The notes beneath the pieces were generated by a model that made no database searches, was not told the origin of the DNA, and worked only from the letters and a program-made list of their open reading frames with translations. The translations under genes were made by a program, and so were the position numbers. A DNA stretch of 64,000 bases from a bacterium (GTDB taxonomy: Archaea; Thermoplasmatota; E2; JACPAO01; JAHFTW01), in contig JAZJZE010000006.1 in the NCBI GenBank assembly GCA_040390065.1, positions 45,344 through 109,343 on the forward strand, in the 5' to 3' direction. Shown here in pieces: positions 47,273 to 56,719 of the stretch. Each line of letters opens with the position of its first letter. The first letter of the stretch is position 1.

Positions 47273-48289
47273 CTACCACGCTCCCGGCACGGGCGTGGCG
47301 GCCAAGGCGGTGGGTCGGATGGTCACGACGGCGGCCACTGGGTCGAGCAAGGACAGGGCGGAATGCATGGCGATGGTGGGGCGGTAGATCCGGCTGCGGC
47401 CGTCGCGCTCTACGAGGACGAGTCCCTGTCCAGCGAATTGGCGAAGGTGCTTGGAGGCCGACGGATTGTTGAGGCCGAGGGTTTGGCAAATGGCGGTCTG
47501 GTCGAGGCCAGGCTGCTGGCTCACCAGGTTGGCGATGCGCCGCGCCGTGGGATGCATGACGACGGCCATTGCCGTGCGTTGCGACGCGGCTGGCGTGTCG
47601 GCGGCGAAGTAGCGGCGGCGCGACAGTTGGCTGACCGACACGACCATGCCATTGTCCTCGAGGCGGCGCAGGTGATGCACGGCCGTTCCCCACGCGATTC
47701 CCGTGCGTGTACGCACGTCGCTGAGGGACAGGCCGGGGTCCTGTGTGATGACTTCGTGGACGCGGGCCCGCACGGGGTTGTCCAGCAGCTTGCCGCGTGC
47801 AATGCGGGAGAAGAGCGGCAGCCCGACGACGAGACCCGCGGCGGCGCGACCCAAGCGGCCGAAGAGCCCGGAGAGGCGAGCCTGGCCGGCCCGGACGCCG
47901 TCGATGCCATACGCCAAGGCCGCGAGGAGGAAGGCAGCAATGGCGCCGCCGGCCACCGGGACGGCGACTGCGCTCACTTGGTCTCCAAGTGACGGGCGGC
48001 TGGCCGCCGACGGGGAGGGCGAGTCTCCAGTGGTGACGTCGATGGGGGCTGCCAAGACGGTCACCCGCCCCGTCGCACGCACTTGGACGTCCGCGACGCC
48101 AAGGTCCGCGACGGCGGCGGGAAGGGAAGTGTTCAGATGTGTGCCGTCGGCAAGCACGGGCACGGCCGCGACGGCAGGGTCGACGGCCTGCAACGGTTGG
48201 TCCTGACCCACGGAGAGGGCCGCGACGACGGGGCAGCAGACAAGGGCAGCAAGGCCCAGCAGCCAGCGACACGTTCGGTTCGGCATCAC
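47273..48289 (-). CDS. Membrane-anchored tandem winged-HTH transcription regulator
   Basis: Signal-like N-terminus, TM, then LLDNPVRARV..PG..WGTAVHHLRRLE and a second wHTH ..QPG..SKHL..GLV. Confidence 0.85.
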   Translation of the reverse strand: MMPNRTCRWLLGLAALVCCPVVAALSVGQDQPLQAVDPAVAAVPVLADGTHLNTSLPAAVADLGVADVQVRATGRVTVLAAPIDVTTGDSPSPSAASRPSLGDQVSAVAVPVAGGAIAAFLLAALAYGIDGVRAGQARLSGLFGRLGRAAAGLVVGLPLFSRIARGKLLDNPVRARVHEVITQDPGLSLSDVRTRTGIAWGTAVHHLRRLEDNGMVVSVSQLSRRRYFAADTPAASQRTAMAVVMHPTARRIANLVSQQPGLDQTAICQTLGLNNPSASKHLRQFAGQGLVLVERDGRSRIYRPTIAMHSALSLLDPVAAVVTIRPTALAATPVPGAW

Positions 48290-48516
48290 CCTTGGTTCCG
48301 AGACCGGTGGTTATAGCCCGAAAGGGGCAAAGCCGAGCGGGCCTCCGTCACGCACGACGCGTGTCCGGTGGACGGTGCGGACCGATCGCCCCCGCGCACG
48401 CACAGGTCGCGCGCGACGTAGACGCCATCGCCGCAAGCGAACAGCACTGCGTCATATTCCCGTGGTATCGCGTTGGCTTATGGTCGTGGGCGTGGAGTGA
48501 GTGTTAGGTGTCTCAC

Positions 48517-49272
48517 ATGACCCGCAACACAACCCCTGACAACAAACCCGGCCGCAGCATCCGTATGCTGGCGCCGCTCCTGACCGGCTGCCTCCTGCTC
48601 TTGGTGGCAGGCTCAGTCAATGCCCTGCCCGGCCTCGGCGCCGACGCGGGTGCCGCGGCGAGTGCGACCGCGGATCTGGCTGGCATGGCCAACGTGGCTG
48701 GCTCCGCGCAAGCGGACGCCCAGCTCGACGCCTCCGCCGACGCCGGCGCTGAGCTGTCCGCCGATGTTTCGGCGCAGGCCGCCGTCGACGCCGCAATGGC
48801 GCAGGCCGACCTGGCCGCTGACGCGACGCTGACGGCCGACGCGAACGCCGATGTCTCCGCTGACGCGAAGGCCGACGCCAATGTCGCCGCCGATGCGAAG
48901 GCCGACGTCAAGGCCGACGCGAGCATCATGGGCAACGTCTTGGGCTTCTTCGGTGCAATCGGCGCCGGCATCGCCGCGGGCGCCTCGGCAGCCGCGCAGG
49001 CGACTGCCTCGGTCACCGCTGGCGCCGTCGCGGCCATCACTGGCCACGCGGACGCCCAGGTTGACGCCTCGACGGACGTCGCAGTCGGCGCCCACGCGGA
49101 CGCCGCGACGCACGTCGCCGCGGACTTGGCGGCCAACGCGGGCCTCACCGGCAACGTCGCCGGCACGGTCTCCGCCGCAACGCAGGTCGCCGGCTCGGCA
49201 ACCGCCATGGTCGGCCCCCTCTCGGCCGCCGCCCAGGGCAGCGCCGCAGGCAGCCTCACCGCCGGCCTGTAA
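48517..49272 (+). CDS. Secreted Ala/Asp-rich low-complexity protein
   Basis: Signal peptide; ADAKADANV-type repeats; aggtg SD; pyrimidine tract after the stop. Confidence 0.75.
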   Translation: MTRNTTPDNKPGRSIRMLAPLLTGCLLLLVAGSVNALPGLGADAGAAASATADLAGMANVAGSAQADAQLDASADAGAELSADVSAQAAVDAAMAQADLAADATLTADANADVSADAKADANVAADAKADVKADASIMGNVLGFFGAIGAGIAAGASAAAQATASVTAGAVAAITGHADAQVDASTDVAVGAHADAATHVAADLAANAGLTGNVAGTVSAATQVAGSATAMVGPLSAAAQGSAAGSLTAGL

Positions 49273-49437
49273 ACACAACCCAACAAACCCTTCCCCCCTC
49301 CTCCCATTTGTTCGCCCCTTTTCTTCGCCGCCATGTCCTCCTCCTTGGGAGGCGGCGCCATCGCCCGCGTCGGCGTGCCGACGGGCTGCGGGTCTTGTCC
49401 CCAAACGGATAACGTTGCGCGGGGTCGACCGTTTCCT

Positions 49438-49515
49438 ATGAGCACCATCGGTCTTGTCGTCGTCATCGTCCTCGTCCTCCTGTTCTTCGGCTTCATCACC
49501 GTCGGCCTCCGCTGA
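49438..49515 (+). CDS. 25-aa hydrophobic microprotein
   Basis: MSTIGLVVVIVLVLLFFGFITVGLR with strong GC3 codon bias. Confidence 0.55.
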   Translation: MSTIGLVVVIVLVLLFFGFITVGLR

Positions 49516-49633
49516 ATGGCGGCGCTTGCCAAGGGTGCAACCGACGCACGCTGCCCTGCGCCTTCTGGCGGCCGGCTGCGAGGCCGCCACGCCACGGCGA
49601 CGGTGCCGGCGCCCTGGCCGTGCGCAGGCTAGC

Positions 49634-50266
49634 ATGCAGCGAGAGTTCTTCCACGCCGCGTATCAGGGCCGTCGCGCCGCGTGGGACGTGCCGTTCCCGC
49701 AACCAGCCATCGTTGCCGCTGCAGCACACCGTGGTTTTGCGGGCCCTGTGCTCGACCTTGGCTGCGGAACGGGCGAGAACGCGTTGTTCCTGGCTGGCTT
49801 GGGTCTGCAGGTCACTGGCATCGACCTTGCGCCGCGAGCGATCCAAGAAGCCCGCCGCAAGGCCGAGGCGCGCGGCTCGTCCGCTGCATTCCGCGTCGGC
49901 GATGCGCTGCAGGCCAGTCTGCCTGCCCATGCGTTTGGCGCCATCATCGACAGCGGCTTCTTCCACGGGCTTTCTGCAGCGGAACGACGCGCATACTGGC
50001 GCTGCGCCGTGCGGGTCCTAGCGCCAGGCGGGCGGCTGCACATCCTGGGATTCAGCGACCCCGTCACGAGAAGGATTGCCATGCAGTTCGCCGATGCGCC
50101 GGCGTCGCTTCGCCCCGCCGCGGCGACACCATCGTACTTCCTGCTGTCCGGCCAAGCTGGCATCGCGGGCATCCCCGCCACGCTCGCAACGTTCACTGCC
50201 ACGCAGCATGGCACCCATCGGCGCGTCCGCCCCGACCGGGCACCGCGCAGTCGGCCTGCGACCTGA
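49634..50266 (+). CDS. Class I SAM-dependent methyltransferase
   Basis: VLDLGCGTGENA, GIDLA, DSGFFH and LAPGG motifs. Confidence 0.88.
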   Translation: MQREFFHAAYQGRRAAWDVPFPQPAIVAAAAHRGFAGPVLDLGCGTGENALFLAGLGLQVTGIDLAPRAIQEARRKAEARGSSAAFRVGDALQASLPAHAFGAIIDSGFFHGLSAAERRAYWRCAVRVLAPGGRLHILGFSDPVTRRIAMQFADAPASLRPAAATPSYFLLSGQAGIAGIPATLATFTATQHGTHRRVRPDRAPRSRPAT

Positions 50267-50364
50267 GTCCGCGCCGCCCATCGTCCAGATCCGACGTCCG
50301 TTTGCGACCCAGCGCCGAGGCATGTCCTCGAACGGTTAAGTGGGCCGCGGCCAGACACCTGCCC

Positions 50365-50532
50365 ATGGACGTCGACAACGAGGAATGCATGTTCTGCCAC
50401 GAAGAGATCGCCGAGACGGCCGATGAGCCCGTCCACCTCGCTTTCATGGCCCACCTGCAGGCCCGCGAGCCGTGCCAGGACGCCTTCGACAACTGGAGCG
50501 AGAACATGGAATCCGATTTCCTGGGCGACTAA
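50365..50532 (+). CDS. Small CxxC-H-C Zn-finger protein (haloarchaeal-type)
   Basis: CMFC..FMAHL..C..F..W; acidic, 55 aa; ttaag about 25 nt upstream. Confidence 0.7.
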   Translation: MDVDNEECMFCHEEIAETADEPVHLAFMAHLQAREPCQDAFDNWSENMESDFLGD

Positions 50533-50691
50533 CCGCGTCGCCGCGGACCCCAGAGCCGGCTCGCTTGCCCGGCACCTCTTGCACGCACCCTCTCCGGACA
50601 TGTTCGCCGCAGCAGGCGGGTCAAATCCTGACCACGCTCTCCTTCATTCAGCCGCATGCGACGCCATCGGTGTGGCCTCGAGTTGATTCCC

Positions 50692-50961
50692 ATGACCCGC
50701 AACAGCCAACCCAGCAACCCTGAGACGCCGCCGACGCCGCGGTCAGGCCGCCTCCTGCGCGCGGTTCGCGTGCCCCGCTCCCCCGAGGCCGACGCCATCG
50801 CCTTGCGCCAGACGCATATCGGCCTCGTCACGGCGGAGCAACACATGCAGGACCTCCTGTACGGCATCTCGGCCCACGGCGTTCGGGGATGTCACGGCAG
50901 CCACGTCGCACGCATCCAAGCAACGGGTCCGGACGCCGGCCACCCCGGCTGCACCGTCTGA
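50692..50961 (+). CDS. Hypothetical protein
   Basis: 89-aa ORF filling an intergenic gap on the same strand. Confidence 0.4.
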   Translation: MTRNSQPSNPETPPTPRSGRLLRAVRVPRSPEADAIALRQTHIGLVTAEQHMQDLLYGISAHGVRGCHGSHVARIQATGPDAGHPGCTV

Positions 50962-51076
50962 TTCCCCGCCTGCCGCGTCGTCGCCCCGCCGGTCGCCACG
51001 ACATGTCTTGCCCTTGCGCTAGGCCAACGGACCTTGTCCCAATAGCCCGATACTTCGCCCTGGCAAAGGCCGACTT

Positions 51077-51340
51077 ATGCAAGTCGTCCGCGTCTGGCTC
51101 GTCGTCGTTGGCATCTCGTTCATGGTGGCTGGCGCCATCCTCATGTCTTTCTCCGCCGGCGTCGGCCGCTCCTTTGCCCTGGGCGTCCTGTCCGCCGGGA
51201 TCCTCGTCCTGGCTGGATCTGCCATCGTGCGCGTCGCCGCCAACGCCCTCGGTGCCCGCCCCGACTCAGGGCCGGGAAACGATGACCTCCACGATTTCCT
51301 CATCGCTCCCCGCGATGTATCCCAGACGCGGGGGCGCTAG
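51077..51340 (+). CDS. Small two-TM membrane protein
   Basis: Two hydrophobic helices; adjacent to the next gene. Confidence 0.65.
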   Translation: MQVVRVWLVVVGISFMVAGAILMSFSAGVGRSFALGVLSAGILVLAGSAIVRVAANALGARPDSGPGNDDLHDFLIAPRDVSQTRGR

Positions 51341-51342
51341 GC

Positions 51343-52065
51343 ATGGCCGCGTTCCCTGTTGCGGACCCGGCCGATGGGCAAACGAACACGCGCCCATCCT
51401 TGTCCGCGCGGTTCCGCTTGCGCCCTCGTGTCCTTGCCTGGCTTGGGCTGGTCGGCATCGCAGAGTTCACGGCCGCCATCCTGGTCCTTCACTTGACCGC
51501 CCTTCGCAAGGAACCGGAACACATGAGCCAGTTCGCCAACACACGCTACGCGCTCCTCTGGAACCTGGCCATCTTCAGCTTCACGATCGGCGGCGCCGCC
51601 CTCAGCCTCGCCATCCGGCCGCACCTCGAGCACGGACTGTTCCGCCGCGCCGGGCTTTGGATGATCTGGCTCTCCGTCGTCGGCGCCATCCTTCTCACCA
51701 CCTTCCCGATGGACGGCGGCTACCAAGCCCCGACGATGGCGGGCGCCATCCATGGCGGCGCAGCCTTCTCCATGTTCATGCTCCTCGGCATCGCCATGAT
51801 CGTCCTTGCCCCGGCGTTCCGCAAGAGCCCGGTCTGGCGTTCGTTCGCTTACCCGTCCCTGGTCATCGGCATGTTGGTGAGCGCCTGCGGCATCACGTAC
51901 CTCGTCGCGACGCTCAACAGCATGGAGCTGGCCGCCTTCGCGCAGCGCATCATGGTGGGCTTCATCGCAACCTGGTTCATCCTGCTTGGCGTCCGGCTCC
52001 TGAAGGTGCCTGGCAGCGTCCAGGCCCCGCCGGCGCCAGTCGGCGCTCTTGCCGTCGCGACCTGA
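51343..52065 (+). CDS. DUF998-like membrane protein
   Basis: Multi-TM; HMSQ, FPMD, IH and AQR motifs. Confidence 0.75.
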   Translation: MAAFPVADPADGQTNTRPSLSARFRLRPRVLAWLGLVGIAEFTAAILVLHLTALRKEPEHMSQFANTRYALLWNLAIFSFTIGGAALSLAIRPHLEHGLFRRAGLWMIWLSVVGAILLTTFPMDGGYQAPTMAGAIHGGAAFSMFMLLGIAMIVLAPAFRKSPVWRSFAYPSLVIGMLVSACGITYLVATLNSMELAAFAQRIMVGFIATWFILLGVRLLKVPGSVQAPPAPVGALAVAT

Positions 52066-52173
52066 ACACGCCTCGTGCCAAATGCATGGGATGGACGGGT
52101 CGCTCCGCGGGCGCTGGCGCACATGTGCGGCCTGCCAAACAGGAATAGCCCGTGGGCGCCCTCATAGGATTGC

Positions 52174-52335
52174 ATGTCCCTGCTCGGCATCGTCCTGCTC
52201 GTCGTGATCGTCGTCCTCTTGCTTGGCGCAGCGCCCTCCTGGCCTCACAGCCGGCAATGGGGTTACCGGCCCATGGGTGGGCTCGGCGTCCTCCTCGTCA
52301 TCCTGCTCGTCCTGCTGCTCTTGAGAGTCATCTGA
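52174..52335 (+). CDS. DUF3309-family small membrane protein (absent from the ORF track)
   Basis: LLGAAPSWPHSRQWGYRPMGGLG signature. Confidence 0.88.
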   Translation: MSLLGIVLLVVIVVLLLGAAPSWPHSRQWGYRPMGGLGVLLVILLVLLLLRVI

Positions 52336-52618
52336 GACCCCGGGCCGCGCCATCTGTCCAAACGCCGGGCCATGCCGGCCCCTCGCCCGCGCCCCGTGCG
52401 GTGCCCGGCACCGCGCCCCTGACCACGCCTCGCGACGGCCGTGCCATGACCCGGGCCACCCGATGGGGGCTCGACGTCGTCAATCGTCCTGCTTCCTTGT
52501 CGTCGCGGCCGCAGGTCCATGCCGGCTCCTTGCCCGCGTCAATCCACGCAGTGGCTGGGCCAGGCGCCCCCCAGGACGCGACCCGCGAGCCGGGGAGCGA
52601 TGGCCGCGGAGGTCTGGC

Positions 52619-53206
52619 CTAGAAGTATCCAAGGCGGCGAATCTCGAAGGAGCACGCGCCCGCACCGGAGGCGTTGCAGGATGCCTCGGACACGTGCACG
52701 CGTGGAGCCTGGGACCGAAGCGCTCGCCCAATCGCCTTGCGTTCGCGGTCACAGCCGTGGCCACCCTTGCGGCCCATCCGGCACGAGCCGCATCCACTGA
52801 GGAGAAACAGGCAGCGGTCGTCATCCGCGCTGACAATCCGGCCGGCGCCAAGGTGCATGACGGCGGCGGCGCGTTCCAATCCGGCGACCCAGCGGGGCAC
52901 CACGCCGGGGGTGGCGGGTGATGGCGGCAGCGGCGCGGTTGGCGCGACCCTGCGCACGGTGGCGCCTTGCGGCCGGGCGTTGCGGCGCGGAGGGGGGCTG
53001 GCCATGCGAGCCTGGCCAGACTGGTCGTGCGCCGCCTGTGGGCCGGCGTGGAAGCGAGCGAACAGGACGCACACGGTGAGCATCGCCAAGCCGCCGAGAA
53101 TGAGGATGAGGGCGCCCTTGCCCGCGGGAAGGAAGGGGATGGCCGCGATGACGCCGCCGCGGCCTGCAATCGCCTCCCACGTCAAACCTACAGAACCCGG
53201 GTTCAC
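52619..53206 (-). CDS. Membrane protein with C-terminal V4R-like domain (start uncertain)
   Basis: TM followed by CGSC..C.RE..I..VSEASC..G...CSFEI. Confidence 0.6.
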   Translation of the reverse strand: MNPGSVGLTWEAIAGRGGVIAAIPFLPAGKGALILILGGLAMLTVCVLFARFHAGPQAAHDQSGQARMASPPPRRNARPQGATVRRVAPTAPLPPSPATPGVVPRWVAGLERAAAVMHLGAGRIVSADDDRCLFLLSGCGSCRMGRKGGHGCDRERKAIGRALRSQAPRVHVSEASCNASGAGACSFEIRRLGYF

Positions 53207-53343
53207 GGCATGGGTTCCTCGCTGCAGGCCTAGGGCTTGCGGGGACGCGGGTGCGGGCCACAATGTTGCATTCGGGCAGGCCTGCTGCGGGGCCCCGTCT
53301 TCGTCCCACAACTGCCTTGCCTGCCGCCGGGCAACCGCCAGTC

Positions 53344-54687
53344 GTGAAGCTGTCCACACGCATCTCTTCCAGCCCTTCCATCGAGCCCGCCCAAGTCGCA
53401 ACCGGGGCCACCAAGCCGGCTGCGGCCCCAGGCAAGCGGCACGCCACCGTCTTCATCATCATGGACGCCGGCCGCGCCGACTACGTCCGAGCCGACACGA
53501 TGCCGTTCTCGCACGGCCTCATGCAGCAGAGCATCCAAGGGTCCTTCGAGAGCCCGCCGGGCTTTGCGCAGCGCACGGTGCTGTTCTCCGGCCGCTACCC
53601 GGACACGTCTGGCAACTTCAGCCAATTCGTCTTCGACCCGGTGGCCTCGCCGTTCAAGTGGGTCAAGTCGCTCGGCCCGCTTCGCAACTTGGTGAAGCCT
53701 CGCAAGATCCTCTACCCGACCCGCATGGCGATCCAGAAGATCACCAAGTGGAAGACCGGCGCGTTCCACACGGATCCTGCCTGGATCCCGCCCAAGTTCA
53801 TGCCGTTCTTCGCCATGTGCGAGGACATGAAGCCAATGTACGACCCCGGCGCCCTCGGCGCCCCGAGCATCTTCGACCTGTGCCGCGAGCACGGACTCAA
53901 GTTCCGGTACCTGGCCCACCCCGTCAGCGGTGACGACGAGGAGATCCACAAGATCCTGGTGCGCGAGTTGCGCTCCGGCGCCGACTACGACCTGTACGTC
54001 GCCCAGTTCAGCGTCACGGACCAGAAAGGCCACACCGACGGCCCCTTCAGTGACCGCATGCAGAAGGGCCACTTGCGCGACCTCGACGGCAAGTTCGCAG
54101 GCGTCCATGCCGCCCTTGCCGCGGGCTACGATTCATGGGACCTCTTCATCTGCGGCGACCACGGCATGGCACCGGTCGAGCAGCACATCAACATCCTCTC
54201 GACGCTCAAGGCCCTGGACGTCAAGCCGGCGGTCGACTACGTGGTCTTCGTCAACAGCACCCTTGCCGTCCTATGGTATCTCACGGAGAAGGGCCGCACG
54301 ACCATCGAGGCAGCGCTTCCCGGGATTCCGGGAACCCACGTCGTGGACGAGGCCGAGCGCCGCACCCGGCGCATCCCGCTCGACCGCCGCTGGGGCGACC
54401 GCATGCTTGCTGCGGAATCCGGCGTCCTGTTCTGGCCGGACTACTTCCACGTCACGGATTCGACGATTGTCGGGATGCACGGATACCTCGACAAGAGCTC
54501 GGAAACGCACGGTGTTGCCATCCTCGCGTCGAGCAACGGGCACACGGCGCCACGCAAGCTCGGACTGCGGCCGCTGGTCGACGTCTTCCCCACGTTGTGC
54601 GAGCTGCTGGGAGTTCCGACGCCGGCCGGACAAGAAGGGACGAGCATGCTTGCGACAGCCGAGGAAACGGTCACGACCAAAGCGTGA
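53344..54687 (+). CDS. Alkaline-phosphatase-superfamily (NPP-like) enzyme
   Basis: IIMDAGRADY, SGRYP, DQKGH..GP, GDHGM and GMHGY motifs. Confidence 0.85.
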   Translation: MKLSTRISSSPSIEPAQVATGATKPAAAPGKRHATVFIIMDAGRADYVRADTMPFSHGLMQQSIQGSFESPPGFAQRTVLFSGRYPDTSGNFSQFVFDPVASPFKWVKSLGPLRNLVKPRKILYPTRMAIQKITKWKTGAFHTDPAWIPPKFMPFFAMCEDMKPMYDPGALGAPSIFDLCREHGLKFRYLAHPVSGDDEEIHKILVRELRSGADYDLYVAQFSVTDQKGHTDGPFSDRMQKGHLRDLDGKFAGVHAALAAGYDSWDLFICGDHGMAPVEQHINILSTLKALDVKPAVDYVVFVNSTLAVLWYLTEKGRTTIEAALPGIPGTHVVDEAERRTRRIPLDRRWGDRMLAAESGVLFWPDYFHVTDSTIVGMHGYLDKSSETHGVAILASSNGHTAPRKLGLRPLVDVFPTLCELLGVPTPAGQEGTSMLATAEETVTTKA

Positions 54688-54752
54688 ACTGCTCAAGGGC
54701 GCGGCCCCCGAAGCCGGCGAGCCACGGCATGGCGACCCCCATCCGCCCCGAT

Positions 54753-55571
54753 TCAGGGGTTTTCGAACGCCGCCGGCGCGCCATCGCCTTCCAGCGAGCA
54801 CGACATTTGCCGCAATTCGTAGGCCCCTTCCCCTTTCTCCAGGCGCGGCGTCCCGTATTGGATGTCGAAGGACGTCCACGGGCCGGATGGGATACTGGTT
54901 CCGAGAGCGAAATTGACCGTGATGGATGCACCAGGGCCAACTTTCCACTCCTTGCTGGGAGCGTGCACATCGCCGCCGCCAGCACGAATCGTAACCGAAC
55001 CACCGCCCAGATACGAAGTCAAATTGCCTTTTGCCAGTAGGTTTCTCAACGTGAATTGGGCCGTCGCGTCGCCGCTGTTCGTCGTGACGTTGTGAACGAC
55101 GCGGATTGAGGACAGCGTCGCCACCAATGCGTCGCTCTCGCAGGAACCGGGGCCGACGTGCGTACCCGGCTCGGGAATGATGCTGTTGAATCCGATCCCA
55201 AACGCAACCAGCCACGACACCATGCCGATGACGCCAAACGTTTGGCCAAGACGCGGCAACAGGGGCTTCCGGGCGCCACGTAGCGCAAGCCTGGAAAGAA
55301 TGATGGCGGGCAGCCCAAACAAGAACCCGACGACATTTGCCCAGCCCAGCAGATTCGGGGTTATCCCATGATTCCAGACGAGGAGACCTACGGCGATCGC
55401 CAGCGGCGCCGTCAAGGCAAACACGCCGACCCCAAACCCCACCATCCCAAGTCGCGCACGTGACGGCTGGACGGCTTCTTGCAACGCTGCGTCCGCCACG
55501 CCTGGGCCATTGTACCCCCGTTTCTTGGCCTTGCCTATGGTGCTGAACGGGAAGGCGGAGGGCCGGGGCAC
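54753..55571 (-). CDS. Hypothetical membrane protein
   Basis: Three hydrophobic segments followed by a beta-rich domain. Confidence 0.55.
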   Translation of the reverse strand: MPRPSAFPFSTIGKAKKRGYNGPGVADAALQEAVQPSRARLGMVGFGVGVFALTAPLAIAVGLLVWNHGITPNLLGWANVVGFLFGLPAIILSRLALRGARKPLLPRLGQTFGVIGMVSWLVAFGIGFNSIIPEPGTHVGPGSCESDALVATLSSIRVVHNVTTNSGDATAQFTLRNLLAKGNLTSYLGGGSVTIRAGGGDVHAPSKEWKVGPGASITVNFALGTSIPSGPWTSFDIQYGTPRLEKGEGAYELRQMSCSLEGDGAPAAFENP

Positions 55572-55579
55572 CGGGGCCC

Positions 55580-56719
55580 CTACGGCCCGTGGAAGCGCAC
55601 GGCATCCTCGAGGATGGCATGCGTCTGGATGGCAAGCGAGCGCCAGTCGTGGTCCCGTGCGACGCGGGTCCGGCCGGTCTCGCCGAGACGGCGCGCTAGG
55701 TCTTCGTCCTCGAGGAGCCAGCCGATCTTCGAGGCGAGGTCCGCGGCATCACCGGGTTTGGCAAGCAGGCCGTTCTCGCCGTCACGCACGAAGTCCGGGA
55801 TGCCACCGATGCGCGACGCCACGACCGGGCGCCGGCAAGCGTTTGCCTCCGCAAGCACCATGCCGAAGGATTCGGCCTCGCTCGTGCTGGGAAGGACGAC
55901 GACGGCCGCCCGGCGGTATTGCTCGATGAGTTGGGCTTCGGGCAAGCGGCCAACGACACGCAGGGCACCGTGGAATTCGCGGGACAAGGCCTCGAACTCG
56001 GCGCGGCGGTCGCCGTCGCCGACCAAGGTCAACGTCACGGCGGGGACCTGCCGCAACAGGATACGAAACGCCCGCACGAGGACGTCCACGCCCTTCCATG
56101 CATAGGACTTGGCAAGCGGCGCGACGAACAGGATGCCCTTGCCCGATGCCGGGCTGTCGCTGTCGAAACGCTGCACGTCGACGCCGGGGGGGACCACGCG
56201 CACCCGGTCGCGGTGCCGGTGCAACGCATGATCACGCACGTAGGGCGACACGGCGATGAGGCCAGCTGAACGCGCAATCATCCAGCGTTCCATGGTGGAG
56301 CGGTGTAACGCGGCCATGGCGGCCAACGGTGGGGAGGAGCCAGAAAGCCGGCCGGCGTGGTAGGTCAGCACGAACGGCGTCTCGGCCTTGCGGGCGGCAA
56401 GGAACGCCATCTCGGCGGCAAACGGGACCGGTGTGTGGGCGACGACGACGTCTGGGGAGAAGCGGCGGATGGCGGCTGCCACGGCGCTCTTGAAGGCGGG
56501 TTCGACTGGCGAGTTCCCGAGGGCCCACCGCGACGGGATGCGCTCCACGCCGACGCCGCGGCGTGGGCCGCTTGCGGCGCCGGTCCGCGTGAGCGTGAGC
56601 ACTTCGACTTCGTGCAGGCGGTCAGCCAGGCTGCCGAGGATGGAATTGGCATAGCGCTCCAATCCGCCTCCTTCTGGATCGTAGTACGGTGTGACGGCCA
56701 GGATGTGCAAGCCCGTCAC
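55580..56719 (-). CDS. Glycosyltransferase family 4
   Basis: GGLERY, KGVD and ESFGMVLAEANAC..PVV motifs; GTGA overlap with the upstream gene. Confidence 0.92.
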   Translation of the reverse strand: MTGLHILAVTPYYDPEGGGLERYANSILGSLADRLHEVEVLTLTRTGAASGPRRGVGVERIPSRWALGNSPVEPAFKSAVAAAIRRFSPDVVVAHTPVPFAAEMAFLAARKAETPFVLTYHAGRLSGSSPPLAAMAALHRSTMERWMIARSAGLIAVSPYVRDHALHRHRDRVRVVPPGVDVQRFDSDSPASGKGILFVAPLAKSYAWKGVDVLVRAFRILLRQVPAVTLTLVGDGDRRAEFEALSREFHGALRVVGRLPEAQLIEQYRRAAVVVLPSTSEAESFGMVLAEANACRRPVVASRIGGIPDFVRDGENGLLAKPGDAADLASKIGWLLEDEDLARRLGETGRTRVARDHDWRSLAIQTHAILEDAVRFHGP

